From contig CAVSZS010000010.1 of assembly GCA_963732485.1 (NCBI GenBank), forward strand, positions 7,573 to 71,572: DNA of 64,000 nt, given 5' to 3'. This stretch comes from Candidatus Aminicenantes bacterium (GTDB lineage: Bacteria > Acidobacteriota > Aminicenantia > UBA2199). Within the stretch, counting starts at the first letter, position 1, and every line of letters starts with the position of its first letter. Shown piece after piece: positions 32,201 through 40,669 of this stretch. The notes below the pieces were generated by a model. It searched no databases and had not been told where the DNA came from. It worked only from the letters and a program-made list of their open reading frames with translations. The position numbers and the translations under genes are program-made.

Positions 32201-32471
32201 GGCGGTATTCCGTCCCCTTGTAGATGGCGCTGATGATTATGATCTTCATGGCCGGGTAGTCCTGGGAAACGGCCAACGACAGGTTGAAACCGTGGAAGCG
32301 CGGCAGCATGGCCGCGGTGATCATCAGGTCGTACTGGTGGTCGCGCAACAGTTGCTTGGCCGTCTCGCCGTCGCTGGCGACCGCCACGGCGAACGCCGGG
32401 GCGTGGAAAAGCTCTTTCACGGCATGTATGGTCGATTCGTCGTATTCCACCAGCAAAATGTTCTTGGTCAT
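29229..32471 (-). CDS. Multidomain Ser/Thr protein kinase: degenerate N-terminal receiver domain, Hanks kinase domain, single TM, KE-rich coiled coil, C-terminal TonB_C-like domain
   Basis: REC-like fold with phosphoacceptor Asp replaced (DLMITAAMLP); kinase motifs GxGxxA-like loop, HRDVSPPNIL, DFG, SPEQ; Pro-rich linkers; TM FPLLPLAVVLLVGAIAAGVYFFVL; C-term GDQTLMFTVLINHNGDVETVRLLQKSNVGQLNTILSELIKTWKYKPA (TonB C-terminal fold signature). Confidence 0.75.
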   Translation of the reverse strand: MTKNILLVEYDESTIHAVKELFHAPAFAVAVASDGETAKQLLRDHQYDLMITAAMLPRFHGFNLSLAVSQDYPAMKIIIISAIYKGTEYRHQAITQYRASDFFEKPLDRDKLRKRVLDLLNVTEAELAPTAAVANTRIPVFDTAKIPAPKFDDDEENKLSSADIFGDIIQKMDSVPAFEIDLGEGGKAAPKKAEPPAKKPEARPADPGRTVLLKVEPQPAAAPRKADSRPAPTAAFDLDSLRQPKKTVAAPAAGSVPASSAGRIDASIEGLRPHQVKREAPGSQMRKIEDDIARKFEDTLSGLGLQKKSAAPAKPTVIVPPAAPRPEPPPPPPTKVTVKLEPRPAPPPAEKVMVKEIHETIQDEVIELGEDILRVEPPAAKPLTSAPVPVPEARAVAEAMPEIKVAPADNPNEVGDYVLLGMIARGGMAEIYKAKKKGVKGFEKVIAIKKILSGYGEDDKYIEMLVDEAKIAAELSHPNIVQIYDLGRKDNYYFIAMEYVLGKDLREIQTRLREHDKWFPEEIAISLTIKILEALNYAHKAKDSRGRPLEIVHRDVSPPNILISYNGEVKLTDFGVSKAAIKIHQTLSGALKGKLLYMSPEQACGESGIDYRSDLYSAGVVLFELLTGKKLFLDTTEMMVLKKVQNGEIIPPRQVNPDIDPMLEKILLTALSKECDKRYQSAAAMIADLEAFIHKKYDRAPSPVHLSHFIYSLFEGDIHREGIKVDLKPLPYTPKVREIPKPMPPAEKPKPLPEIQVVPPPPMPPPPVPRPAPSGAAVSINFDDDKAPVAAKRQAVPEKELFKPESLFHELEKEKKKFPLLPLAVVLLVGAIAAGVYFFVLNKPAAPAVDRKPVTQAAGATTAAGLPAPADTQTPAMKKIADELAATQKLLDEAKLKQEEELKQIQAEEEKKKIQEDRRKKVEADRLKKDEEERLKLEETARLQQEEESRKKQEEADRLKKEEEDRNKADELKRAEQNRIKEGDIVPMNNVDTAPVAISTPGPNIPASVRSSMQGDQTLMFTVLINHNGDVETVRLLQKSNVGQLNTILSELIKTWKYKPAVKDSLRVKVWKTVPMTIKK

Positions 32472-32531
32472 TTCTTACTCCTGTTGGACCGGCCCCGGCC
32501 CTCTCCAGCCCGGGCGGGTCCGGGCGCCGCC

Positions 32532-33032
32532 TTACAAGATCTCTCTACCGGCATATTTTTCGAACATGCGGATCTTGTCCCTGACCTTGAAGGTGATGGG
32601 CATGTTGATCATGGTCAGCAGGAAGCCGCTGACGAAAAAGTGGAACGTGCGCGCGTACGGCATGCCCAGCAGGGTGATGAGCAGGCCGAAGATGGCGATG
32701 ACCTCGGCAAACGAAAGCAGGACGATGTCGATGACCCGCCAGCGCTGCAGCAGGGCGGCCAGGGTGAAGTCCTCGCGGACCAGGCGCGGGGAAAAGTAGA
32801 TCGTCTTGCGCACAGCCAGGACGGCGATGATCAGCATGATCGCTATGATGTTCAGGATGCTCCAGGCGTCGCGCACTCCGCGGTTGGGGGGACGGTTCCC
32901 GGCGAGCAGGTAGGCGACCAGGGCATAGGCGACGATCGACGCCAGCAGGGACAGGCTGATGATCATCGTCAGCCGCGACTCGCGGCGAATGTGTTCCCTT
33001 TCTATTTTTTGTTTTTCAAATTCTGCCAGCAT
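32532..33032 (-). CDS. Hypothetical 4-TM membrane protein
   Basis: 166 aa, four predicted TM helices; first gene of the kinase/folC minus-strand block. Confidence 0.45.
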   Translation of the reverse strand: MLAEFEKQKIEREHIRRESRLTMIISLSLLASIVAYALVAYLLAGNRPPNRGVRDAWSILNIIAIMLIIAVLAVRKTIYFSPRLVREDFTLAALLQRWRVIDIVLLSFAEVIAIFGLLITLLGMPYARTFHFFVSGFLLTMINMPITFKVRDKIRMFEKYAGREIL

Positions 33033-33117
33033 GCCATTGCTTTACCATAACTATCCCTTGATTGTCAATAATCCGCAACTTCAAAAAAAATGCCCCGCGC
33101 GCCGGCGCGGGAAGCGA

Positions 33118-33146
33118 TTGACTTTTACCCGCTTTCACGATATAAG
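33118..33146 (+). promoter_or_regulatory. Sigma-70 promoter upstream of purF
   Basis: TTGACT (33118-33123) - 17 nt - TATAAG (33141-33146); ATG at 33156. Confidence 0.45.
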
Positions 33147-33155
33147 AAGGGCATC

Positions 33156-34631
33156 ATGTGCGGAGTATTGGGAATTTTCTCTAGCGAGCCGGTCATCGGC
33201 CCGCTGTACACCGGGTTGCTGACCCTGCAGCATCGCGGCCAGGATTCGGCCGGCATCCTCACCTTCGACGGCCGCTACCACCTGAAGAAGGGCAACGGCC
33301 TGGTGCGCGATATTTTCGACGAGCACAACATCCAGCGGCTCAAGGGCACCGTCGGCCTCGGCCACACCCGCTACCCCACCGTGGGCGAAGGCTCGGGGGA
33401 GGACGCCCAGCCGTTCTGGCTGAACCACCCCTATGGCATCGCCGCCGTTCACAACGGCAACGTGGTGAACTTTTTCGAGCTGAAGAAGGAACTGTTCGAA
33501 AAATCCCACAAGATCATCAATTCCAACTGCGATGTCGAGGTCATCCTCAATGTGTTCGCCGAGGCGCTGGAGAAGGACGCGCGCCAGGAGATCACCCCGG
33601 AAAGCGTCTTCAGCGCCATCCGCCAGGTTTACAAGCGGGTGAAGGGCGCGTATTCGGTGGTGTTCCACATCGCCGGCAAGGGCATGGTCGGCTTTCGCGA
33701 ACCCTACGGCGTGCGCCCCCTGCTGTTCGGCATTGATCGCCGGCAAATGCTTCCCGGATTCGGCTTCGCCTCGGAGAGCGTCACCCTCGACCTGCTGGGT
33801 TTTTCCGACATCCGCGACGTCCCCCCCGGCTCGGCCATTTACATCGATGAGAACCGCGTGGTCCACGAAAAAAAGCTGCAGGCCGCCCCTTTCCGCCCCT
33901 GCATTTTCGAGTATATTTATTTCGCCCGCCCCGATTCCTACCTGAACAAGATCAACGTCTACCAGTCGCGCGTGGACCTGGGCAAGAAGCTGGCCCGCGT
34001 CATCCAGAAAAGCGGCCTGGAGATCGACGTGGTGGTGCCGGTTCCCGACTCATCGCGGCCGGCGGCCATCGAGATCGCCCGCCTGCTGAAGCTGAAATAC
34101 CGCGAGGGGCTGGTAAAGAACCGCTACATCGGCCGCACCTTTATCATGCCCGGCGACCAGGTCCGCCAGCGCACGATCCGCCACAAGCTGAACCCCATTG
34201 CCGACGTGTTCCAGGACAAGAACGTGCTGATCGTGGACGATTCGATCGTGCGCGGCAACACCTCGCGCTCCATCATCCAGATGGTGCGCCAGGCCGGCGC
34301 CAGCAAAGTATATTTCGTCTCCTACTCCGCCCCGCTGACCAATCCCTGCGTCTACGGCATTGACATGCAGACCAAGTCCGAGTTCATCGCCAACGGGGCG
34401 AGCGAGGCGGAGATCGCCGCCCGCATCGGCGCCGACCGCGTGCTCTACCAGGACGTCCATGACATGGAGCAGGCGGTGCGGCGGCAGAACCCGGCCATCC
34501 GCCACTTCTGCACGGCCTGTTTCTCCGGCAAGTACCCGACCGGCGACGTGTCGCGGAACTACCTGGACCAGATCGAGCAGGAGCGCGAACAGCTGAAGCT
34601 GAAGCAGAAGGAACTGGCCCTGAAATTTTGA
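33156..34631 (+). CDS. purF: Amidophosphoribosyltransferase
   Basis: Starts MCGVLGIFS (N-terminal nucleophile Cys); GATase type II + PRTase (VLIVDDSIVRGNTS), C-terminal Fe-S cysteines. Confidence 0.9.
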   Translation: MCGVLGIFSSEPVIGPLYTGLLTLQHRGQDSAGILTFDGRYHLKKGNGLVRDIFDEHNIQRLKGTVGLGHTRYPTVGEGSGEDAQPFWLNHPYGIAAVHNGNVVNFFELKKELFEKSHKIINSNCDVEVILNVFAEALEKDARQEITPESVFSAIRQVYKRVKGAYSVVFHIAGKGMVGFREPYGVRPLLFGIDRRQMLPGFGFASESVTLDLLGFSDIRDVPPGSAIYIDENRVVHEKKLQAAPFRPCIFEYIYFARPDSYLNKINVYQSRVDLGKKLARVIQKSGLEIDVVVPVPDSSRPAAIEIARLLKLKYREGLVKNRYIGRTFIMPGDQVRQRTIRHKLNPIADVFQDKNVLIVDDSIVRGNTSRSIIQMVRQAGASKVYFVSYSAPLTNPCVYGIDMQTKSEFIANGASEAEIAARIGADRVLYQDVHDMEQAVRRQNPAIRHFCTACFSGKYPTGDVSRNYLDQIEQEREQLKLKQKELALKF

Positions 34632-35743
34632 TGCACAGCCACCTGCCGATCTCCGGTTCCCTGGGTGAATTCGACTTCGCCGCCATCCTCGCCCGCATGC
34701 ACGCCCAGGCGCTGGACGGGCAATTGAAGGTCAGCGCCGCCCGCTCCACCAAGACGCTCTGGCTGCAGGACGGCTGCATCGTGTTTGCCCAGTCCAGCCT
34801 GACCGACGACTCCCTGGGCAGTTCGCTGCTGCGCCGCGGCCTCATCACCGCGCCGCAACTGGAAAAGAGCCGCGAACGCATGAAGCGCGGCAAGTGCCGG
34901 CAGGGCCGGGCGCTGCTGGAAATGGGGCTGCTCTCTTCCGAGCAGCTGTGGAGCGAGATCGCCGCCCAGCTGCGCGCCATCGTTTTTTCCCTGTTCCCCC
35001 TGCGCGCCGGCCGCTACGACATCGGCCGGCTGCCCGAAAGCGGCCGGGAGAACATCCAGCTGGCGCTGCCGGTGGCGACGGCGATCCTCGAAGGCGTGCG
35101 CCTCATCCTCGACAAGGAGTTCATCGAGAGCCGCTTCGAGCCCGGCATGGCCCTTTACCCCTCCCCGGACCGCTGCATCGGCGCCGTGGCCCTGAAGCCG
35201 CACGAAGCCCATGTGCTCTCCCTGGTGGCCGAGGCCACCCCGCTGGAGGAGGTCGTGGAACGCAGCGAGCTGCTGCGCTGCGATACGCTCAAGGTTCTCT
35301 ATTCTCTTCTGAAACTCGAGATGATCTGCGACCGCAAGCAGACGGGCCGGGCCCCGACACCGCACGCCCTGCCCAACCCGCCCACCACCTTCACCTCCTT
35401 CGACGAGGTTCTGCAGCATTACAACTCCAAGTTCGAGACCATCTACCGGGTACTCTCCAAGGAGATCGGGCCGGTGGCCCATTCCATCCTCACCGATGCC
35501 ATCACCTCCATCCAGGAATCCATCCCTGCCTGTTTCCAGAGCCTGGAGATCCGCCCCGACGGGCGCATCGATGAAAAATCGGTGATGAAGAGCGTCTGGT
35601 ACGAGAATTTCGCCGACAACAGCGGCGAATTCCTGCGTGGGCTCGAGGAGATCCTCTACGCCGAGGTCTTCGCGGTCAAGCGCCACCTGGGCAAAGAACA
35701 TGAGGCATCGATCCTGAAATGGATCAGAAAGTCCGGAAATTGA
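34631..35743 (+). CDS. DUF4388 domain protein
   Basis: N-terminal GSLGEFDFAAILARMHAQALDGQLKVSAARSTKTLWLQDGCIVFAQSS matches the DUF4388 pattern; TGATG overlap with purF stop. Confidence 0.55.
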   Translation: MHSHLPISGSLGEFDFAAILARMHAQALDGQLKVSAARSTKTLWLQDGCIVFAQSSLTDDSLGSSLLRRGLITAPQLEKSRERMKRGKCRQGRALLEMGLLSSEQLWSEIAAQLRAIVFSLFPLRAGRYDIGRLPESGRENIQLALPVATAILEGVRLILDKEFIESRFEPGMALYPSPDRCIGAVALKPHEAHVLSLVAEATPLEEVVERSELLRCDTLKVLYSLLKLEMICDRKQTGRAPTPHALPNPPTTFTSFDEVLQHYNSKFETIYRVLSKEIGPVAHSILTDAITSIQESIPACFQSLEIRPDGRIDEKSVMKSVWYENFADNSGEFLRGLEEILYAEVFAVKRHLGKEHEASILKWIRKSGN

Positions 35744-35807
35744 CGCGCCTGCGCCAGCAACTGGTATTCCTGGCCGTGCTGTGCGCCGCCCTCTTCGCCC
35801 TCTCCTG

Positions 35808-36710
35808 ATGCAACCCGTCATCCAGATCCTGGGGCCGACCGGGGCCGGCAAGAGCCGGGTGGCGCTCGCGGTCGCCGCCGCCGTCAATGGCGAGATCATC
35901 TCCGCCGACTCGGTCCAGGTCTATACCGGGTTCGACATCGGCAGCGACAAGCTCAGCCCGGACGACCGGCGCGGCATTCCCCACCACCTGATCGACATCA
36001 TCCCCGGCTGCGAGCAGTTCAACGCCAGCCGGTTTCTCGATCTCTCCTTCGCCGTTGCCGAAGAAATATTCGCGCGCGGCCGGCTGCCGGTGGTCTGCGG
36101 CGGCACCGGCCTCTACCTGCGCGTCATGATGCGCGGCATCTTCCCGGAGAACAAGGACGACGCCCGACGCGTGGAGCTGAAGCAGGCAGCAGCCGCCCGC
36201 GGCTGGGATGCCCTGTACAAAGAGCTCGCGGCCATCGATCCCGCCTATGCCCGCAAGATCGGCGCCAATGACCACCTGCGCCTGCTGCGCGCCCTGGAGA
36301 TCTATCACAACAACGGCCTGCCCCCCAGCGAGGCCTTCCGGCTCAGCCGCTCGCCGTTTGCCGGCCGTCCCTTCATCCGCATCGGCCTGCACGTCGAGAG
36401 GGAAAAACTGTACCGCGCCATCGAGGCGCGCGTGGAGCGCATGCTGGCCGCCGGACTCGTCGACGAGGTCAGGCGCCTGCTGCAACAGCGCCCGGCCTCG
36501 TGCCCCCCGTTCCGCTCCCTGGGTTACAAGGAAATCGCGGCCCATCTCGGCGGCGAAACCGACCTGGCGACGGCAACCGAACTGATCCGCCGCCATTCGC
36601 GCCAGTTCGCCAAAAGGCAGCTCACCTGGTTCCGCGCCGAAAAAGACATCCGCTGGTTCCCCGCCGACGACCTGGAAGCCATCATCGGCTCGATACGCCA
36701 ATGCCTGTAG
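35808..36710 (+). CDS. miaA: tRNA dimethylallyltransferase
   Basis: P-loop [40 protein letters not shown]; start MQPVIQILG. Confidence 0.85.
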   Translation: MQPVIQILGPTGAGKSRVALAVAAAVNGEIISADSVQVYTGFDIGSDKLSPDDRRGIPHHLIDIIPGCEQFNASRFLDLSFAVAEEIFARGRLPVVCGGTGLYLRVMMRGIFPENKDDARRVELKQAAAARGWDALYKELAAIDPAYARKIGANDHLRLLRALEIYHNNGLPPSEAFRLSRSPFAGRPFIRIGLHVEREKLYRAIEARVERMLAAGLVDEVRRLLQQRPASCPPFRSLGYKEIAAHLGGETDLATATELIRRHSRQFAKRQLTWFRAEKDIRWFPADDLEAIIGSIRQCL

Positions 36711-37957
36711 AGCGCGCCCTGACCTGCGGCTGGTTCACCCTGCAGCGCCAGGAAGCCGAGATCGCTTCCGCCATGGCCGAATTGCAGGCCCTATGCCGCG
36801 CCGCCGGGGCAACGGTGGTCGGGCAGGCCTGGCAGAAGCGCCCGGTCCCCGACCGCCGTTTCCTGGTCGGGATGGGCAAGGTAGAGGAACTCAAGCGCCT
36901 GGCCGGCGTGCACAACGCCGGGCTGGTCGTGTTCGACAATGTCCTGACCACCCTGCAGCAACGCAACCTGGAAGAGGAACTTGGGCTAAAGGTTATCGAC
37001 CGCAGCCGCCTGATCCTTGACATCTTCGCCTCCCGCGCCCGCAGCCAGGAGGGCAAGCTCCAGGTCGAGCTGGCCCAGCTGCTCTACCTGCTGCCGCGCC
37101 TGACCGGCAAGGGCGTTTCACTCTCGCGCCTCGGCGGCGGCATCGGCACGCGCGGCCCCGGCGAAAGCAAGCTGGAGACCGACCGCCGGCAGATCAAGGT
37201 CAAGATCACCCGCATCCGCCAGAAGCTGAAGGGAGTGACGCGCAACCGCGACCTGCAGCGCCAGAACCGCCGCGCGCTGCCCGTGCCCCTGGTGGCCCTG
37301 GTCGGCTACACCTCGGCCGGCAAATCGACCCTGTTCAAGGCCCTCACCGGCGAAAACGTCTTCATCTCCGACCAGCTGTTCGCCACCCTCGATCCCCTGC
37401 TGCGCCGCGTCGACCTGCATGATTCCCACCCCGGTTATTATTTCATCCTATCCGATACCGTGGGCTTCATCCGCGACATGCCCGCCGAGTTGTTCACCTC
37501 CTTCACCGCCACCCTGGAAGAAGTGCGCCAGGCCGACCTGGTGCTGCACGTGGTCGACATGACCAACCCCGACTGGCAGGGGCAGAAGGCCGAGGTGGAG
37601 AAGGTCCTGCGCCAGATGGCCGTCGACGCTGCCAGGCTGGTCGTGGTTTTTAACAAGATCGACCTCTGCGCCGACGGCGAGAGCCTGGGCGACAGGGGCG
37701 AGCCCGGCCAGGTATACGTCTCCGCCACCCGCGGCACCGGCCTGGCGACGCTGAAAGAGGAAATCTTCAAGCGCTATTTTTCCGATTACGGTGCCTATAC
37801 CGTAGACGTGGAAGACGAGCAGCAATTGGACGCCCTGAGCCGCTGGGCCATCGTGCTGGAAAAGAACCGCGTCGAGAACGGCTACCAGGCCGCGGTTTTA
37901 TGTTCGCTGGAAAAAATGCTACAATTCAGGGAATCTCACGGAGGTGTGATCCGATGA
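36701..37957 (+). CDS. hflX: GTPase HflX
   Basis: HflX N-domain (GKVEELKRL...), G-domain [31 protein letters not shown]; 10-nt overlap with miaA; no hfq between. Confidence 0.85.
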   Translation: MPVERALTCGWFTLQRQEAEIASAMAELQALCRAAGATVVGQAWQKRPVPDRRFLVGMGKVEELKRLAGVHNAGLVVFDNVLTTLQQRNLEEELGLKVIDRSRLILDIFASRARSQEGKLQVELAQLLYLLPRLTGKGVSLSRLGGGIGTRGPGESKLETDRRQIKVKITRIRQKLKGVTRNRDLQRQNRRALPVPLVALVGYTSAGKSTLFKALTGENVFISDQLFATLDPLLRRVDLHDSHPGYYFILSDTVGFIRDMPAELFTSFTATLEEVRQADLVLHVVDMTNPDWQGQKAEVEKVLRQMAVDAARLVVVFNKIDLCADGESLGDRGEPGQVYVSATRGTGLATLKEEIFKRYFSDYGAYTVDVEDEQQLDALSRWAIVLEKNRVENGYQAAVLCSLEKMLQFRESHGGVIR

Positions 37958-39252
37958 AAGCGATCCTGCCGGCAGCGCTCATCCTGTTTTTCGTCGCCTG
38001 CGGCGGCGTGAAGCCCGTCACTGTCGATTTCCATCTCCCGGCCGTCGAGAGCGGCACATTCCTCGACTCGTACTATCGCCTGGGCTGGGAGCAGCTGCGC
38101 CAGGGCGACAGCGAGTCCGCCTACCGCTCCTTCCAGCTCAGTGAAGCGCCGCTGGACAAGAAGCAGGCCGCGTTCGGCTACGTTTTCCTGGCGCGCAAGA
38201 AATTCAGCGCCGCCGCCGACCAGTTCGCCAACTCATTGGCGACCAATCCCGGCAACATCGAGGCCGGCATGGGCCAGGCCATGATCCTGGAACTCGAGGG
38301 GCGCATGGCCGAAGCCTACCGCGCTTACGGCGACCTGGCGCTCAAGGCCGCCGATGACGCCTGGATCAAGCTGAAATACGAGTCGATCCGCTCGAGTTCC
38401 ACCCAGGGCCACCTGCTGGAGGCGGAGCGCGTGAAAGCCACTGACAAGGGCAAGTATATCCGCGAGCTGGAGCAGGCGGCCTTCTTTTCCCCCGATCTGG
38501 CCGCCATCACCCTGCAGATCGCCGACCATTACTACAATGAAGGCGACTGGCGGCGCAGCCTGCCGTATTACGAAGCCGTTCAGGAAAAAGAGCCGTACAA
38601 CGAGGCCGTGCTGCTGAAGCTGGCGGCGCTCTATGAAAAGAAGGAAAATTTCGACCTGGCCATCGTCACCCTGGACCGCCTGCTGGCGCTGAAAGCCGGT
38701 GACCCCTTCCTGGAAGCCGAGAAGCAGCGGGTACGCGAACGCTTCCAGGAGCTGACCCTGCCCGAAAAGTTCAAGAAGATATTCTTCAAGGCCGAGATCA
38801 ACCGCGAAGAACTGGCGGCGCTGGTCGGCTTTTATTTCGAGCGCCATATCGCGCTCGACCTGGCCCCGGAGATCCTCACCGACATCGACGGCTCGTTCGC
38901 CCGTGAGCAGATCATCAAGACCGTGACCGCCGGCATCATGCATGCCCGCCCCGACCACACCTTCCAGCGCTTCGCCGCCCCCGACCGCGCCGCCTTCGCC
39001 GCCACGCTGAACGCCCTGATCGATTACCTGAAGGGCAAGGGGCGCGAACTGCGCTTCACGCCGCTGTCGCCGGCCCCGCTCATCGCCGACCTCTCGCCGC
39101 TGCACAAGGATTTCCAGGGCATCTCCTCGCTGGTCAATTCCCAGGTGCTGGCGCTCGACAGCCAGGGCAATTTCAACCCCACAGACCCCGTCGCCCCCGG
39201 CGAGGTCATTACCGCTCTCAAGAAGATCTTGAACGCAATAGAGAATCAGTAG
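37954..39252 (+). CDS. TPR-repeat lipoprotein
   Basis: [18 protein letters not shown] (lipobox FVAC), multiple TPR-like repeats; ATGA overlap with hflX stop. Confidence 0.6.
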   Translation: MKAILPAALILFFVACGGVKPVTVDFHLPAVESGTFLDSYYRLGWEQLRQGDSESAYRSFQLSEAPLDKKQAAFGYVFLARKKFSAAADQFANSLATNPGNIEAGMGQAMILELEGRMAEAYRAYGDLALKAADDAWIKLKYESIRSSSTQGHLLEAERVKATDKGKYIRELEQAAFFSPDLAAITLQIADHYYNEGDWRRSLPYYEAVQEKEPYNEAVLLKLAALYEKKENFDLAIVTLDRLLALKAGDPFLEAEKQRVRERFQELTLPEKFKKIFFKAEINREELAALVGFYFERHIALDLAPEILTDIDGSFAREQIIKTVTAGIMHARPDHTFQRFAAPDRAAFAATLNALIDYLKGKGRELRFTPLSPAPLIADLSPLHKDFQGISSLVNSQVLALDSQGNFNPTDPVAPGEVITALKKILNAIENQ

Positions 39253-39289
39253 CTAGTAGTTAGTAGATAGTAGTTAGTAGACTGTAGGA
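39248..39289. repeat. Heptamer repeat arm (TAGTAG family: cagtagctagtagttagtagatagtagttagtagactgtagg)
   Basis: Inverted partner at 40446-40478; the pair brackets the lower-GC gene 39543-40226. Confidence 0.65.
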
Positions 39290-39542
39290 AGGCACTAGAC
39301 GATTTCGAAGAAAGAATTATTTGTAGGGAAAATTGACCTGCTCCCATTACTTCATTCCCTCCGATGTAATAATGAAAGACCTGATCCCAATGCCACGTGA
39401 CCCCAATCCCACACGAGGGCGCAAACCATCCTGGTAAAACCTGGGGATGAGCCCTAAGCTCCATTCTTGACTTTTGGATGCCCCCGGCATACCATCAGGA
39501 TTGAAATACGTAGCCCGTCTGACACAGCACGAGGAACTCATC

Positions 39543-40226
39543 ATGATCAAAACCTATTCATGGGTCGCCCTATGGATCACCCTGATGACGGCCGGTCTGG
39601 CCGCAAGCAAAAAGCCGGCGGTCATCTCTCTAAAAGATTTCACATCCGTGAAAGAATGGGTCCTGGAAATCACCTGGCATGCCAAGGACAACTTCGAAGA
39701 CAGTGACTTCAGCGCCAAGCTGGACATGAGCGCTAGCGCCCGGTTTTACCTCAAAAGACTGGATCATCAGGACGCCTGGGGCCGCTGGGAAGTCCAAAAA
39801 CTGCAGACATCAAATCTGGTCTACAAGGCAAACCTCATCGACAAGCGCAGGGGCCAAGGCCTCGATTACCAAGGGCTTTCGACCCCGCCCCTCATGTCGG
39901 TGGCCAATTTCCAGGTGGGCGGGGAAACCCCGGGCTACCAATTGGCCTGCCAAGTGATGTTCCCGGCTCAGGTAAAAGGCCCCCCCCTGGGCAGCATGGA
40001 CTCTCCCCTGATGCTCACGACCACCCAAATGGGGCCTAAACCCGTTTTTTGCACAGGCCCCCTTCCAGAATCCGGCACCACCATCTCCGGCAGCGCCGTC
40101 ATCCAAGCTGCCGTCACACCCTTCGGCACCAGCCGGGCACCGCAAACCCGAGTTGGGATTCAGTATGTCCTTAAGCCATACATCGAGCTGGCGCCCCTTA
40201 CCCCACTCAAAAAACCCAAGCGTTGA
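39543..40226 (+). CDS. Hypothetical secreted protein (signal peptide, no known domain), lower GC (~50%) than flanks
   Basis: MIKTYSWVALWITLMTAGLAASKKP...; bracketed by inverted heptamer-repeat arms at 39248 and 40446. Confidence 0.5.
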   Translation: MIKTYSWVALWITLMTAGLAASKKPAVISLKDFTSVKEWVLEITWHAKDNFEDSDFSAKLDMSASARFYLKRLDHQDAWGRWEVQKLQTSNLVYKANLIDKRRGQGLDYQGLSTPPLMSVANFQVGGETPGYQLACQVMFPAQVKGPPLGSMDSPLMLTTTQMGPKPVFCTGPLPESGTTISGSAVIQAAVTPFGTSRAPQTRVGIQYVLKPYIELAPLTPLKKPKR

Positions 40227-40445
40227 GACCTGTCTTTTCGAAGAGCCTAAGGAACACCGGGGTCACGTCTCCAGATTCCAGAAATCAGCATCTCGATTCA
40301 CCTCGGTATTTCATCCCCAGCATTTCTCCAATCTCACGTAAACCTAGAGCCGTGTGTTTCCGCAGCCGATGCATGAACATTCTCGATAGTGCAACAATCG
40401 ATGAAAATTGACAATTTATAATACCTAGTTCGTTCAGTCCCTCTT

Positions 40446-40478
40446 CTACTGACTACTGACTACTGACTACTGACTACT
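40446..40478. repeat. CTACTGA heptamer repeat arm (x4.5), reverse orientation of TCAGTAG
   Basis: ctactgactactgactactgactactgactact. Confidence 0.65.
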
Positions 40479-40518
40479 TTCTTCCTGCAATCTGCCGCTG
40501 GACGCGGCAAGCGGTTTG

Positions 40519-40527
40519 TGGTATAAT
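40519..40527 (+). promoter_or_regulatory. Extended -10 promoter element (TGgTATAAT) ~140 nt upstream of deaD
   Basis: tgtggTATAATtcag; implies a long 5' UTR as in cold-shock DEAD-box helicase genes. Confidence 0.4.
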
Positions 40528-40669
40528 TCAGATTAAGTTGGCAATTGATCGCCCGGAAAAGGACACGAATTCCCCGAACCTGAAACAACGACCGTCCCCT
40601 TTGGCGCGCTCGCTCCCCGATCGAATCCCGGCTTGTAGGCGCGCCTGAGGCTTACTAAAGGAGAACACC

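Noticed and set aside
30348-33050. 900-aa plus-strand ORF antisense to the Ser/Thr kinase
   Set aside because: Low-complexity G/R/D/L composition; the kinase on the minus strand has canonical Hanks motifs.
34559-35899. 446-aa minus-strand ORF antisense to the DUF4388 gene and miaA start
   Set aside because: Antisense artefact; the plus strand carries well-supported genes.
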